Below, one piece after another: positions 29,696-39,099 of a DNA stretch of 64,000 nt; positions within the stretch are counted from its first letter, which is position 1, and each line of letters begins with the position of its first letter. Made by a program: the position numbers and the translations under genes. The stretch comes from Bacteroidales bacterium. GTDB taxonomy: Bacteria > Bacteroidota > Bacteroidia > Bacteroidales > JAADJA01. The notes beneath the pieces were generated by a model, which did no database searches, was not told the origin of the DNA, and was given only the letters and a program-made list of their open reading frames with translations. The stretch covers positions 1,725-65,724 of the forward strand of contig JAIOZL010000029.1 of assembly GCA_021740645.1 (NCBI GenBank), given 5' to 3'.

Positions 29696-31219
29696 TTAAA
29701 AATTCCTGAAATCAAAAGTTTCAATATTATTTGCCTTTTTCATTCCACAATTACCTTTAATAAAATTGAGTTTAAAAGTATTTGAAAGATTTAAACGAAT
29801 GCCTGCATAAAAATCCAACCCGGTAAAATCGCTTATTGCAAAAATGGCATTCAGGTTATCCGATCCCACAAACACATTGCCGTACCTTAAAGCGATACCA
29901 ACTCTTGGCTTACCAAATTTCCACTTGTAAACCGAAATGGGGACACTGAATTCCATTCGGGCTGTTTCGTATCTTGGGGAAATTGAAAATATGGAGGGTC
30001 GGGTAACAAAACCTTTGCCCATTTTTATTCCATAAAAGAGCATCGCATTCAAATAATACTGTTTATTCAGCCACACATCTGATTGTAAACTAAGCATTGG
30101 TGGCAAATACATAATAAAACTATTTTCCTTCTCTGAGTCTTCATTAACCGGATCAAAATAATAATTTACTTTTCCCACAATTTCATTAATTGAAGAATTG
30201 GGCAGGACATCATCAGGCTTATACCATGTTGTTGATGCATTTGTATAACTCTCGTAAATGGCATTTTTTGTAAATTTTATGTAACCCAGGTCAAGGATTG
30301 AAAAACCAATGCGGTAGTTGTATTTTTCAAAAGGTTGTTCGCATAAACCTGAGAAAATAAAATTCTCATGACCCTTAGTTGTTTTTTGAAAGGTGACACC
30401 TAAGTCAATCCCAAAACCAAATCCTCTTATTTTAGGACCAAGATCCAAATCATTGGTTTGATAGCTTATTGGCAACGAAATACCATATTTAAAACTGGCA
30501 CTGGAAACAACAGCAAGACTATCATTTTCAACCCTGTAATCCATATTATTTAAAATGGCATAAAAGCCGGCATAACCAAATAAAGGTTTGATAGTAATTC
30601 CAACAGACCAGTAATTCCATCTATACCTATGAAAGTTGTAAGCATAACTCAAACCGAGCTCGAACCATGTGAGGGAGCCGGCTTTAATTGGATCACTATG
30701 TGAATAATCAATTTGGTGTTGTTTTTCGTAATCAATGGCTTCATACAGGAAAATGGCTACATCATGTGGTACTCCCTCAAACGAAGTTATTTCACGAACA
30801 GATGTTTGGAGTCCAAAGGCATGTTTCCCATAAACCAAAGTTGCTCCCGGACCTATAATCTTTAAATTTTGAAATCCATTTTTTGATTCATTATCCCGAT
30901 AAATAGTGTAACTCCTGAGCTCATTTTCTTCTGTGTAATATTCAGGAAGAGTTTGGTTCAATAAAAACTGGACGGCATCATCACGGGCAATGTATGCATA
31001 ATTATTATTCACAAAGCTTTTGATGCCAAGCAGGTTAATATCAAAGTAAAGCTTTGAAGTTAACATAGATGACGGATTAACAGCAATAGAATAGATGCCC
31101 GAATAATTACTTTGGATCGCGCCTAACATCTCCTGGCCAAATAAAGAACTATTTAATAGGACACACACGAAAGTTAAGCTAATCGATAAATATTTTATTA
31201 TGAGGGAGTTTTTTAACAA
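29696..31219 (-). CDS. Putative outer-membrane beta-barrel protein (DUF5723-like, uncertain)
   Basis: Signal peptide, alternating beta-strand pattern, aromatic-rich, and a C-terminal Phe (..FDFRNF). TTG start. Confidence 0.35.
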   Translation of the reverse strand: MLKNSLIIKYLSISLTFVCVLLNSSLFGQEMLGAIQSNYSGIYSIAVNPSSMLTSKLYFDINLLGIKSFVNNNYAYIARDDAVQFLLNQTLPEYYTEENELRSYTIYRDNESKNGFQNLKIIGPGATLVYGKHAFGLQTSVREITSFEGVPHDVAIFLYEAIDYEKQHQIDYSHSDPIKAGSLTWFELGLSYAYNFHRYRWNYWSVGITIKPLFGYAGFYAILNNMDYRVENDSLAVVSSASFKYGISLPISYQTNDLDLGPKIRGFGFGIDLGVTFQKTTKGHENFIFSGLCEQPFEKYNYRIGFSILDLGYIKFTKNAIYESYTNASTTWYKPDDVLPNSSINEIVGKVNYYFDPVNEDSEKENSFIMYLPPMLSLQSDVWLNKQYYLNAMLFYGIKMGKGFVTRPSIFSISPRYETARMEFSVPISVYKWKFGKPRVGIALRYGNVFVGSDNLNAIFAISDFTGLDFYAGIRLNLSNTFKLNFIKGNCGMKKANNIETFDFRNF

Positions 31220-31259
31220 AAATTAAATATTAAATGGAAATTAAACGATTGTGTAAAAA

Positions 31260-31267
31260 CAAAAGTA
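31260..31267 (-). promoter_or_regulatory. Candidate -7 promoter element (TACTTTTG on the minus strand)
   Basis: Matches TAnnTTTG, 41 nt upstream of the start at 31219. Confidence 0.35.
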
Positions 31268-31283
31268 TATCAAATTAGAATAT

Positions 31284-31325
31284 AAAAAAAGGTCAGAAAA
31301 CTAATGCCTTGCACGTTTTCTGACC
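31284..31325 (-). terminator. Strong rho-independent terminator on the minus strand
   Basis: An 11-bp perfect stem (ggtcagaaaac/gttttctgacc) is followed on the minus strand by 7 U. It lies 330 nt downstream of the rimO stop. Confidence 0.7.
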
Positions 31326-31655
31326 TAATTAACCAACCAAAACCAAATTTTACAAATAAAAATTAACCACCATGAAAAATTATCAGACTAAATTAACCAG
31401 TTTGTTTTGTTGTTGTTGTTTTGTATCAAAGAACTGATACTCCCTTTTCAATTGACGTGCCAAGAATCATAATGCACTTATAAAGAGTGATTTAAGTACA
31501 ACATTTTTTTGTATTTTTTAGCACATAGAATATGCGCGTTTATCAATTATCACAACCTCCTTAATTTCAACGATTTAAGCAAATAATGCATTTTGAGTTA
31601 CTATCCGGAAACGGAAAAGTAGTAATAATAAGGCTATAAAAGAAAGCATCAAAAA

Positions 31656-32969
31656 TTATGTTTTCTTAATCATACCATAGAGATCAAAGAAATCGGCCTT
31701 TTCAATTTTCACCTGATAAAACCTTCCGATTTCAATATCCGAATGTGGAGAATTTATAATTACTTCGTTATCCACTTCCGGAGAATCAAATTCAGTTCTT
31801 CCAATAAAATAATCACCTTCTTTTCGATCAATGATAGTTTTTATGGTCTTTCCTACCAATTTTGAATTATATTCAAGGGAAATCTCCTGTTGAACTTCCA
31901 TAATTTCATCCAATCTTTGTTTTTTCACTTTTTCTGTTACAGTATCCTTCAACTTATAGGCTGTGGTCCCTTCCTCGTGTGAATAAGTAAACACCCCCAG
32001 GCGATTAAATTTGAATTCTTTTACAAAATCTACCAGTTCCTTGAATTCTTCATCAGTCTCCCCTGGAAATCCTACGATGAGTGTCGACCGTATGGCAGCA
32101 TCCGGAAGATGTTTCCTGATTTTTTTCAATAAATCAATGGTACCTTCTTTGGTGTGGCCGCGCTGCATAAGTGATAATATGCGGTTATTTATGTGCTGAA
32201 CAGGAATATCTATGTAATTGCAAATGTTTTCCCTTGCTTGCATGAGTGGCAATAAATCTTCAGGAAATCCGGCAGGATAAGCATAATGCAACCTTATCCA
32301 TTCAAGGCCTTTTATGCCTGCAAGAGAATTAAGCATAGATGCAAATGTATTTTTTTTGTAAAGGTCGATCCCATAATAAGTCAGGTCCTGGGCAATTAGC
32401 ATCACCTCCTTTACCCCCTTGGCTACAAGTCGTTTGGCTTCAACAATTATTTCTTCCACAGGTTTAGAAACATGCTTCCCTCTGATGGAAGGAATGGCAC
32501 AAAATGTACAACGCCGGTCACAGCCCTCTGAAATTTTAAGATATGCATAATGCGAAGGGGTAGTTATACTTCGTTCACCTATTAAATCTTTCTTATAATC
32601 CCCTCCCAGTTCTTTAACTATTTGCTGAATATCGTTTACCCCAAAATACTTGTCTACATCAGGTATCTCTGTCTTTAAGTCATTGATATATCGCTCTGAT
32701 AAACAACCCATCACATATACCTGGCCAATATCTCCTCTTTCTTTGGCCTCAATGTGTTGAAGTATAGTATCTATTGATTCCTGCTTGGCATCATTAATGA
32801 ATCCACACGTGTTTATAATCACAGCATCTGATCCAAGAGCATCCTTTTCGAAATTAATATTGAAATTATTGGCCTTTAGTTGACTCATCAGGACTTCAGA
32901 ATCGACAAGATTTTTTGAGCAACCCAGCGAAACCAGATTGATCCGTTTTTTAGTATTTTGAGTTTTCAA
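31656..32969 (-). CDS. rimO: Ribosomal protein S12 methylthiotransferase RimO
   Basis: MTTase N-domain (INLVSLGCSKNLVDSE), radical-SAM motif CDRRCTFC, and a C-terminal TRAM domain. Confidence 0.85.
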   Translation of the reverse strand: MKTQNTKKRINLVSLGCSKNLVDSEVLMSQLKANNFNINFEKDALGSDAVIINTCGFINDAKQESIDTILQHIEAKERGDIGQVYVMGCLSERYINDLKTEIPDVDKYFGVNDIQQIVKELGGDYKKDLIGERSITTPSHYAYLKISEGCDRRCTFCAIPSIRGKHVSKPVEEIIVEAKRLVAKGVKEVMLIAQDLTYYGIDLYKKNTFASMLNSLAGIKGLEWIRLHYAYPAGFPEDLLPLMQARENICNYIDIPVQHINNRILSLMQRGHTKEGTIDLLKKIRKHLPDAAIRSTLIVGFPGETDEEFKELVDFVKEFKFNRLGVFTYSHEEGTTAYKLKDTVTEKVKKQRLDEIMEVQQEISLEYNSKLVGKTIKTIIDRKEGDYFIGRTEFDSPEVDNEVIINSPHSDIEIGRFYQVKIEKADFFDLYGMIKKT

Positions 32970-32979
32970 TAGTTAAGTT

Positions 32980-33930
32980 CTATTTAAATAAGCTATCTAC
33001 GAATTCACGGCGGTTAAACACCTGCAAATCATCTATTTTTTCGCCAATACCGATATATTTAACCGGGATTTTAAACTGATCAGATATCCCTATAACAACG
33101 CCTCCTTTGGCAGTTCCATCCAGTTTTGTTAAGGCAAGGGCATTAACCTCAGTAGCCAGTGTAAATTGTTTGGCTTGTTCAATTGCATTTTGCCCGGTGG
33201 ATGCATCTAGGATCAGCAATATTTCGTGAGGAGCATCGGGCATCAGCTTTTGCATTACTTTTTTAATTTTTGAGAGCTCATTCATCAGGTTAACTTTATT
33301 ATGCAATCGCCCTGCTGTATCAATGATCACCACATCCATATCCTGAGATAAAGCAGATTTTAGTGCGTCATAGGCAACTGAAGCCGGATCGGATCCCATT
33401 CCCTGGTTGATAATAGGAACCCCTACCCTCTCTGCCCAAATAATCAATTGATCGACAGCTGCAGCACGGAAAGTGTCTGCGGCTCCAAGAATAACTTTTT
33501 TACCGGCATTTTTGAGCTGCCAGGCGAGCTTTCCAATTGTTGTAGTTTTTCCAACACCATTCACACCAACAACCAAAATGACATACGGTTTTTTATCTGA
33601 CGGAATAGTAAATTCAGAAGTATCGTTCGTATTGTTTTCAAGTAATAACTCAACAATCTCTTCTTTAAGGATGGAATTTAATTCAGCTGTACCAAGATAT
33701 TTATCTTTCAATACCCGTTGTTGGATCCTTTCAATTATTTTGAGGGTAGTTTCTACACCTACATCGGAGGTAACCAGTATCTCTTCTAAATTATCCAACA
33801 CCTCATCATCTACCTTAGATTTCCCGGCTACAGCCCTGGATAACTTTGAAAATACACTTTCTTTTGTTTTAGAAAGGCCTTCGTCCAGCCGTTCCTTTTT
33901 TTCTTTCGAAAAGATGCTAAATAAACCCAT
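32980..33930 (-). CDS. ftsY: Signal recognition particle receptor FtsY
   Basis: SRP GTPase motifs GVNGVGKTTTIGKLA, DTAGR and TKLDGTAKGG. Confidence 0.92.
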   Translation of the reverse strand: MGLFSIFSKEKKERLDEGLSKTKESVFSKLSRAVAGKSKVDDEVLDNLEEILVTSDVGVETTLKIIERIQQRVLKDKYLGTAELNSILKEEIVELLLENNTNDTSEFTIPSDKKPYVILVVGVNGVGKTTTIGKLAWQLKNAGKKVILGAADTFRAAAVDQLIIWAERVGVPIINQGMGSDPASVAYDALKSALSQDMDVVIIDTAGRLHNKVNLMNELSKIKKVMQKLMPDAPHEILLILDASTGQNAIEQAKQFTLATEVNALALTKLDGTAKGGVVIGISDQFKIPVKYIGIGEKIDDLQVFNRREFVDSLFK

Positions 33931-34003
33931 TTTTTTAAGCTATTATAAAAAAAGCTTCTTCCATTCACGGAAAAAGCTTTCTTGTCCATTTATGATTAAC
34001 CTT

Positions 34004-34156
34004 CTATTTCTTCTCGAGGTAGTTTTTAACTTCCTCCATATGAACAACATTTTCCTTAAAAGAATAAGCTCCGGTTTTTGGTGATTTAACCATTTTAATC
34101 ACTTTAGCGTAGTTTTTACCGGCCGTTTGAAGGGTTGCAACAACTTTCTTTGCCAT
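34004..34156 (-). CDS. DUF4295 family small protein (50 aa, below the ORF-track cutoff)
   Basis: My own translation is MAKKVVATLQTAGKNYAKVIKMVKSPKTGAYSFKENVVHMEEVKNYLEKK. It sits between rpmG and ftsY, as is usual in Bacteroidota. Confidence 0.7.
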   Translation of the reverse strand: MAKKVVATLQTAGKNYAKVIKMVKSPKTGAYSFKENVVHMEEVKNYLEKK

Positions 34157-34164
34157 ATCAAATA

Positions 34165-34353
34165 TTATTTAATTTCTTTGTGTACAGTCATTTTCTTCAT
34201 TATTGGATTGAATTTTTTCAATTCCAATCTTTCAGGGGTATTCTTTTTATTCTTTGTGGTGATATACCTTGAAGTACCCGGTAACCCACTGTTCTTGTGC
34301 TCAGTGCATTCCATAATCACCTGAATCCTTGCGTCTTTAGTTTTTTTTGCCAT
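34165..34353 (-). CDS. rpmG: 50S ribosomal protein L33
   Basis: 62 aa, [20 protein letters not shown]...[21 protein letters not shown]. Confidence 0.9.
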   Translation of the reverse strand: MAKKTKDARIQVIMECTEHKNSGLPGTSRYITTKNKKNTPERLELKKFNPIMKKMTVHKEIK

Positions 34354-34430
34354 TTCCGTATTCTTTAAGCAATTTAATTTTCCTAAATTATGGTATAGCT
34401 GCCAATTAACTGCTATATCAAATTGGGGTG

Positions 34431-34438
34431 CAAAAGTA
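34431..34438 (-). promoter_or_regulatory. Candidate -7 promoter element (TACTTTTG on the minus strand) for the rpmG operon
   Basis: Matches TAnnTTTG in the context TACTTTTGCACCC. The same 13-mer occurs upstream of thrS. Confidence 0.4.
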
Positions 34439-34478
34439 TTTTTTTTCTGTATAAAAACCTAATAATTAATAAAAAAAT

Positions 34479-34486
34479 TAATTTTG
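34479..34486 (+). promoter_or_regulatory. Candidate -7 promoter element (TAATTTTG) for xerD
   Basis: The TAnnTTTG match overlaps the TTG ORF-track start, which favours the ATG at 34499. Confidence 0.3.
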
Positions 34487-34498
34487 ATAAATTATACA

Positions 34499-35404
34499 AT
34501 GGACTGGCAAATTTACATAAAGGGTTTTAAAATTTATTTAAAACTGGAAAGATCTCTATCAGATAATTCAGTTGAAGCCTATATTAGGGATGTTCGCAGA
34601 TTATGGGAATATTTAGAGTTAAACAATAAAAAAATGACGCCAACCAGTGTTAGCCTGGCCGACCTACGTGCATTCCTGTCATGGATTACAGATATGGGCC
34701 TAAGTGCAAATAGTCAATCACGAATGATTTCTGGGATTAAGGCTTTTTACAAATACCTAATTCTGGAAGATGCGATCAGAAGTGACCCAACTGAATTACT
34801 GGAATCCCCTTCAACAGGCAGAAAACTGCCGGATACTCTGAGCATTGAAGAAATAAATCAATTAATTAGTACCATCGATCTAAGTAAACCTGAAGGAATA
34901 AGAAATAAGGCAATCATTGAAACGCTTTATAGCTGCGGTTTGCGTGTTTCGGAACTGGTTAATCTAAAAATTTCTAATATATTTTTTGGAGAAGGGTTTT
35001 TAAAGATAACTGGTAAAGGAAACAAAGAACGCCTTGTTCCTATTGGGGTTCAAGCCAAAAAGAATATAAAAATATATCTTGAAGAAATCCGTATTCATTT
35101 ATCCATAAAAAAAGCAGATTCTGACACAGCATTTCTTAATAAAAGGGGGACAAAATTATCAAGGGTGATGATTTTTATGATAATTAAAGATCTGGCGGCT
35201 AAATGTGGGCTTAAAAAGAGTATCAGTCCGCATACTTTCAGGCATTCCTTTGCTACGCATTTGATCGAAGGTGGAGCAGATTTACGCGCTGTACAGGAAA
35301 TGTTAGGTCACGAATCCATCACTACCACAGAAATTTACACCCATCTAGATAGAGAATATTTAAGGGAAACCATAATAAGTTATCATCCATGGAGTAAAAA
35401 ATAA
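34499..35404 (+). CDS. xerD: Site-specific tyrosine recombinase XerD
   Basis: Catalytic region HTFRHSFATHLIEGGADLRAVQEMLGHESITTTEIYTHL. The ORF-track TTG start is at 34484. Confidence 0.88.
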   Translation: MDWQIYIKGFKIYLKLERSLSDNSVEAYIRDVRRLWEYLELNNKKMTPTSVSLADLRAFLSWITDMGLSANSQSRMISGIKAFYKYLILEDAIRSDPTELLESPSTGRKLPDTLSIEEINQLISTIDLSKPEGIRNKAIIETLYSCGLRVSELVNLKISNIFFGEGFLKITGKGNKERLVPIGVQAKKNIKIYLEEIRIHLSIKKADSDTAFLNKRGTKLSRVMIFMIIKDLAAKCGLKKSISPHTFRHSFATHLIEGGADLRAVQEMLGHESITTTEIYTHLDREYLRETIISYHPWSKK

Positions 35405-35409
35405 GTGCT

Positions 35410-36213
35410 CTAGTTAAATGGTGAATCCGGTTCTTTTGCCATATGGTTATATACCATTTTATCCATAAAACGAGGGAATATTTTGTTTAACAAAACCGTA
35501 ATTTTACCCTGAAAAGTTAAGGTAAGCCTGTCTTTCCTTTTAATTATTGCATTGTAAATATAATCAGCAACTTCTTCTGCAGTCATCATTTTATCTTCAT
35601 CTCTGGGAGATTCGCCTTGCTGGCTGCCATCGGCTGCAAGAGCCGTATTCCGGATATTTGAGGCTGTAAATCCAGGGCAGGCAATGAGCACATGAAGGTT
35701 CTTTTTCATATTTTCAATTCTTAACACTTCTAAAAATCCATGCATGGCAAATTTTGAAGCAGAATAACCTGAGCGGCCAGGTAAGCCTTTATACCCTGCT
35801 ATAGAAGATACCCCTACAATTGATCCCTGATTTTTTAACACATGAGGCAAAGCATATTTTGTACAAAAAATTGTTCCCCAAAGATTAACATCCATGAGGT
35901 TTTTTATAACCTTGAGGTCCGTTTGCTCAAACAATGCCCTCATAGAAATCCCTGCATTATTGATCAATATATGGATAGTTCCAAAATTTTTTAGAGTTTC
36001 ATCAACCAGGTTCATGCAATCTTCTTCTTTACTTACATCCGTTTTAACCAATAATACATCAGAAGCACTGGTTAAAGACTTTTTTAGTTCAACTAATTTA
36101 TCATAACTTCTTGCAGCCAATACAACTTTAGCCTCTTCCCTTGCAAATTTTTCAGCCAGGGCTTTTCCAATACCCGAAGATGCACCGGTAATAATCACAA
36201 CTTTATTTTTCAT
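35410..36213 (-). CDS. SDR family oxidoreductase
   Basis: TGASSGIGKA Rossmann motif and NNAG, with a YxxxK-type catalytic site (YSASKFA). Confidence 0.9.
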   Translation of the reverse strand: MKNKVVIITGASSGIGKALAEKFAREEAKVVLAARSYDKLVELKKSLTSASDVLLVKTDVSKEEDCMNLVDETLKNFGTIHILINNAGISMRALFEQTDLKVIKNLMDVNLWGTIFCTKYALPHVLKNQGSIVGVSSIAGYKGLPGRSGYSASKFAMHGFLEVLRIENMKKNLHVLIACPGFTASNIRNTALAADGSQQGESPRDEDKMMTAEEVADYIYNAIIKRKDRLTLTFQGKITVLLNKIFPRFMDKMVYNHMAKEPDSPFN

Positions 36214-36235
36214 AAGTAAAGGATAAAAATTTTTG

Positions 36236-36243
36236 CAAATGTA
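36236..36243 (-). promoter_or_regulatory. Candidate -7 promoter element (TACATTTG on the minus strand)
   Basis: Matches TAnnTTTG, 23 nt upstream of the SDR ATG. Confidence 0.35.
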
Positions 36244-36271
36244 AAAAAACAGGCGGGTTTAAATAAAATTA

Positions 36272-36279
36272 TAACTTTG
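36272..36279 (+). promoter_or_regulatory. Candidate -7 promoter element (TAACTTTG)
   Basis: Matches TAnnTTTG, 18 nt upstream of the ATG at 36297. Confidence 0.35.
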
Positions 36280-36296
36280 ATCTGAAATCTCAATTT

Positions 36297-37484
36297 ATGA
36301 TTACAAATAAGGAAATATTTTATAGGCATCTTGGCTTACCTTCTGCTGCTCCCTCCGGAATTGAAATTAACCGGGCGAAAGGAATTTACATGTATGATAC
36401 ATTGGGCAAAGAATATATTGATTTGGTATCAGGTGTTTCAGTAAGCAATATCGGGCACCTTCATCCTGAGGTCGTTAAAGCAATTACTGAGCAGCTCAAT
36501 AAATATATGCACCTGATGGTGTATGGAGAATATATCCAGTCACCCCAGGTTAAACTGGCTAAATTACTTACTGAAAACTTGCCAAAAAGCCTCGATTGCA
36601 CCTATTTTGTTAATTCAGGGAGTGAAGCCATTGAAGGAGCTCTTAAATTGGCTAAAAGATATTCGGGGCGAACTGAAATCATAGCCTATAAAAATGCTTA
36701 TCATGGGGGCACACATGGGGCCCTGAGTATCCTTGGGAATGAAAAGTTGAAGTTTGCTTTCCGGCCGCTTTTACCTGATATCAAATTTCTCGATTTTAAT
36801 AATCCTGATCAGTTAGAAGAAATTACGGATAAAACTGCTTGCGTAGTTATAGAAGCAATACAAGCCGAAGCAGGAATAATTCTGCCTAAAGAAAACTACC
36901 TGAGTTTAATTAGAAAAAGATGTGACGAAACATCTACATTACTTATCCTTGACGATATCCAAATGGGATTTGGAAGAACAGGTAAACTTTTCAGCTTTGA
37001 ACATTTTAATTTTACTCCCGATATACTATGTTTGGCTAAAGGGATGGGCGGAGGAATGCCAATAGGAGCCTTTATTTCATCTAAAGAACGAATGAACTCG
37101 TTTACATCAGATCCTGAACTAGGGCATATTACTACTTTTGGCGGTCACCCTGTCTCCTGCGCTGCAGCTCTGGCTAACCTAAAAGTATTATTAGATGATA
37201 GGATTTTTGAAAAAGCCGAAACAATGGGTAATATTTATCGAGAAACAATTATTAACCATCCAAAAATAAAAGCAATAAGAAATAAAGGTTTAATGCTAGG
37301 AATTGACCTGGAAAATGAAAAACTTGTAACTAAACTACAAAGGGAGTTTATAAAAAATGGATTAATCACCGATCGGTTTTTATTCAGGCCTTTTGCGTTT
37401 AGAATTGCGCCTCCATTAATAATCACTGAAGATGAAATTGCAAAATCTATTGATCTGATAAACCGAAGCCTTCTAAACCTCTAA
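36297..37484 (+). CDS. Class-III (acetylornithine/GABA-type) aminotransferase family protein
   Basis: Motifs NSGSEAIEGALKLA, LILDDIQMGFGRTG and LAKGMGGGMPIGA, which includes the PLP lysine region. Confidence 0.85.
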   Translation: MITNKEIFYRHLGLPSAAPSGIEINRAKGIYMYDTLGKEYIDLVSGVSVSNIGHLHPEVVKAITEQLNKYMHLMVYGEYIQSPQVKLAKLLTENLPKSLDCTYFVNSGSEAIEGALKLAKRYSGRTEIIAYKNAYHGGTHGALSILGNEKLKFAFRPLLPDIKFLDFNNPDQLEEITDKTACVVIEAIQAEAGIILPKENYLSLIRKRCDETSTLLILDDIQMGFGRTGKLFSFEHFNFTPDILCLAKGMGGGMPIGAFISSKERMNSFTSDPELGHITTFGGHPVSCAAALANLKVLLDDRIFEKAETMGNIYRETIINHPKIKAIRNKGLMLGIDLENEKLVTKLQREFIKNGLITDRFLFRPFAFRIAPPLIITEDEIAKSIDLINRSLLNL

Positions 37485-37541
37485 TCCTGCCACATTGACA
37501 TCTTTATTTTTATTATCACAGCCTAATCTGGCCACATTGTC
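37481..37541 (+). promoter_or_regulatory. Direct repeat CTAATC(C)TG(G)CCACATTG x2, spaced 42 bp, upstream of hsp20
   Basis: The copies lie at 37481-37499 and 37523-41 and share the core CCACATTG. This is a possible operator pair. Confidence 0.25.
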
Positions 37542-37647
37542 TGGTATTTGATGATTTTCCTGGGTTGGAATATAATTTGACCTTCCCCAATTAAATTTGA
37601 AAGTTAAATAAATTAATAAATAACGAAAATAATAGGAGGACTAAATT

Positions 37648-38076
37648 ATGTTACCAGTAATTAAAAAAAGAAGTTTTTATCCATCTTACAATTCCTTTTT
37701 AGGTGATAATATGTTTTCAACATTTTTTAATGATGGTGCCGATTACACCATTCCTGCAGTAAATATTAAGGAGAACGAAAATGCTTATACTATTGAAGTT
37801 GCTGCACCAGGATTAAATAAAGAGGATATTACAATCAAAACTGAAAAAGATGTACTTACCATTTCTTCAGAAAACGAAAAAAGCAATGAGAGTAACGATG
37901 AGCATTTTACTCGCAAAGAGTTTTCTTTTAAATCATTTAGCAGATCTTTTTCAATCCCTGAATCAGTAGATCAGGAAAAAATAAATGCTAAACATAAAAA
38001 TGGGGTTCTATTTGTAGAATTACCTAAAATGGAAGAAGCTAAAGTAAAAGAAAGCAGAATGATTAAAATTTCGTAG
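37648..38076 (+). CDS. Hsp20/alpha-crystallin family small heat-shock protein
   Basis: Alpha-crystallin domain (PAVNIKENENAYTIEVAAPGLNKEDITIK ... NGVLFVELPK). It is preceded by AGGAGG 8 nt upstream of the ATG. Confidence 0.9.
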   Translation: MLPVIKKRSFYPSYNSFLGDNMFSTFFNDGADYTIPAVNIKENENAYTIEVAAPGLNKEDITIKTEKDVLTISSENEKSNESNDEHFTRKEFSFKSFSRSFSIPESVDQEKINAKHKNGVLFVELPKMEEAKVKESRMIKIS

Positions 38077-38100
38077 AATAAAAAAGTGGATTTTTTCAAA

Positions 38101-38130
38101 AAGGCGGAAACAATGTTTTCGCCTTTTTTT
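38101..38130. terminator. Bidirectional terminator between hsp20 and mlaD
   Basis: aaggcggaaaca-atg-ttttcgcctt, flanked by an A-run and a T-run. Confidence 0.65.
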
Positions 38131-38135
38131 AATTT

Positions 38136-39083
38136 CTAAAATACTGAAAACCGCACATATTTCTTAGGGTTAGTTCTTAAATCCCTGATTAACATATCAA
38201 GTTCTCTTGTCGTATTTTCAAGGTTAATGTATAGCGAATCGTTATTAATTAATAAACCAATTGTTCCTTCGCCCTGGTTAATCTTTGAAGTGATATCAGC
38301 CATTTGCTTCATTGTTTCATTCACATTGTTCATAGTTTGAGCAAATTTTACGGCTGCCAGCGTATCACTAAATGAAGACAGATTATTCATTAAATGGTTA
38401 AACTGGTCTTCGTTCTGTTTCAAATTATTGGTAACAGATTCAATATTCGAAACAATGTTCCCTAATCGATTTTTCTGACTACCCAGCAATGTATCGAGAG
38501 TGCTGGTAGCTCCTTCTAAGTTTTCAAAAGAATTTGCAATATGTTCAACACTTTTTGCAATATTATTTGTATTGGCAACACTAAATAAACTTTGCAGCAT
38601 TGTAAGCACTGAATCAATCGAAAACATTAATGCCTCTGCTTTATTCTTCAGGGGCTTAAGCTGCTTGTCTATTTCTTCCTTAATCGAAATTTCTACCTCA
38701 GATATAAGGGTGTCGCCCGATTTTGCAAGTTCAGGTGAGTTTCCTAGTTTGATCATCAAGGCTTTGGAACCCAACAAGTCGGAACTTATAATTTCAGCTA
38801 CTGAATTTGAAGGAATGCCGATTTCGTTCCTGATAACAATTTCAATGGTAACATTAGCATTGCCGCCCGAACTAAAATACATATCACGAACCTGCCCCAC
38901 ATTTAATCCATTTATTGTTACAGGGTTAGCTTTCTCAAGACCAGCGACATCTTTATATATAGCCAAATAAACCTTTTCATTGGAAAAGATATCCTCGCCC
39001 TTCAAAAAATTAATACCCCAATATAAAAGTGCTAAGGCAGCGGTTATAATAAGTCCTATTTTAAATTCTTTGGATAACTTCAT
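38136..39083 (-). CDS. MlaD/MCE family protein
   Basis: N-terminal TM segment, MCE domain (VTINGLNVGQV) and a helical C-terminal region. Confidence 0.75.
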   Translation of the reverse strand: MKLSKEFKIGLIITAALALLYWGINFLKGEDIFSNEKVYLAIYKDVAGLEKANPVTINGLNVGQVRDMYFSSGGNANVTIEIVIRNEIGIPSNSVAEIISSDLLGSKALMIKLGNSPELAKSGDTLISEVEISIKEEIDKQLKPLKNKAEALMFSIDSVLTMLQSLFSVANTNNIAKSVEHIANSFENLEGATSTLDTLLGSQKNRLGNIVSNIESVTNNLKQNEDQFNHLMNNLSSFSDTLAAVKFAQTMNNVNETMKQMADITSKINQGEGTIGLLINNDSLYINLENTTRELDMLIRDLRTNPKKYVRFSVF

Positions 39084-39099
39084 TTCAACAAAATTAAAC

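Noticed and set aside
31404-31423. A (GTT)n microsatellite, considered as a phase-variation tract.
   Set aside because: There are only about 4-5 imperfect units, and the tract is not within or immediately upstream of a credible coding start. It is treated as part of the unexplained spacer.
33473-34084. A 203-aa plus-strand ORF, and similar long antisense ORFs at 47640-48338, 3868-4371, 38500-38970, 12421-12762, 18765-19118 and 24379-24780.
   Set aside because: Each lies antisense to and entirely within (or across) a confidently identified gene (ftsY, thrS, the AhpD-like gene, mlaD, the methyltransferase, maeB, sprA). Their translations are low-complexity or Ser/Phe/Leu-rich with no recognisable motif. 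They are typical shadow ORFs.
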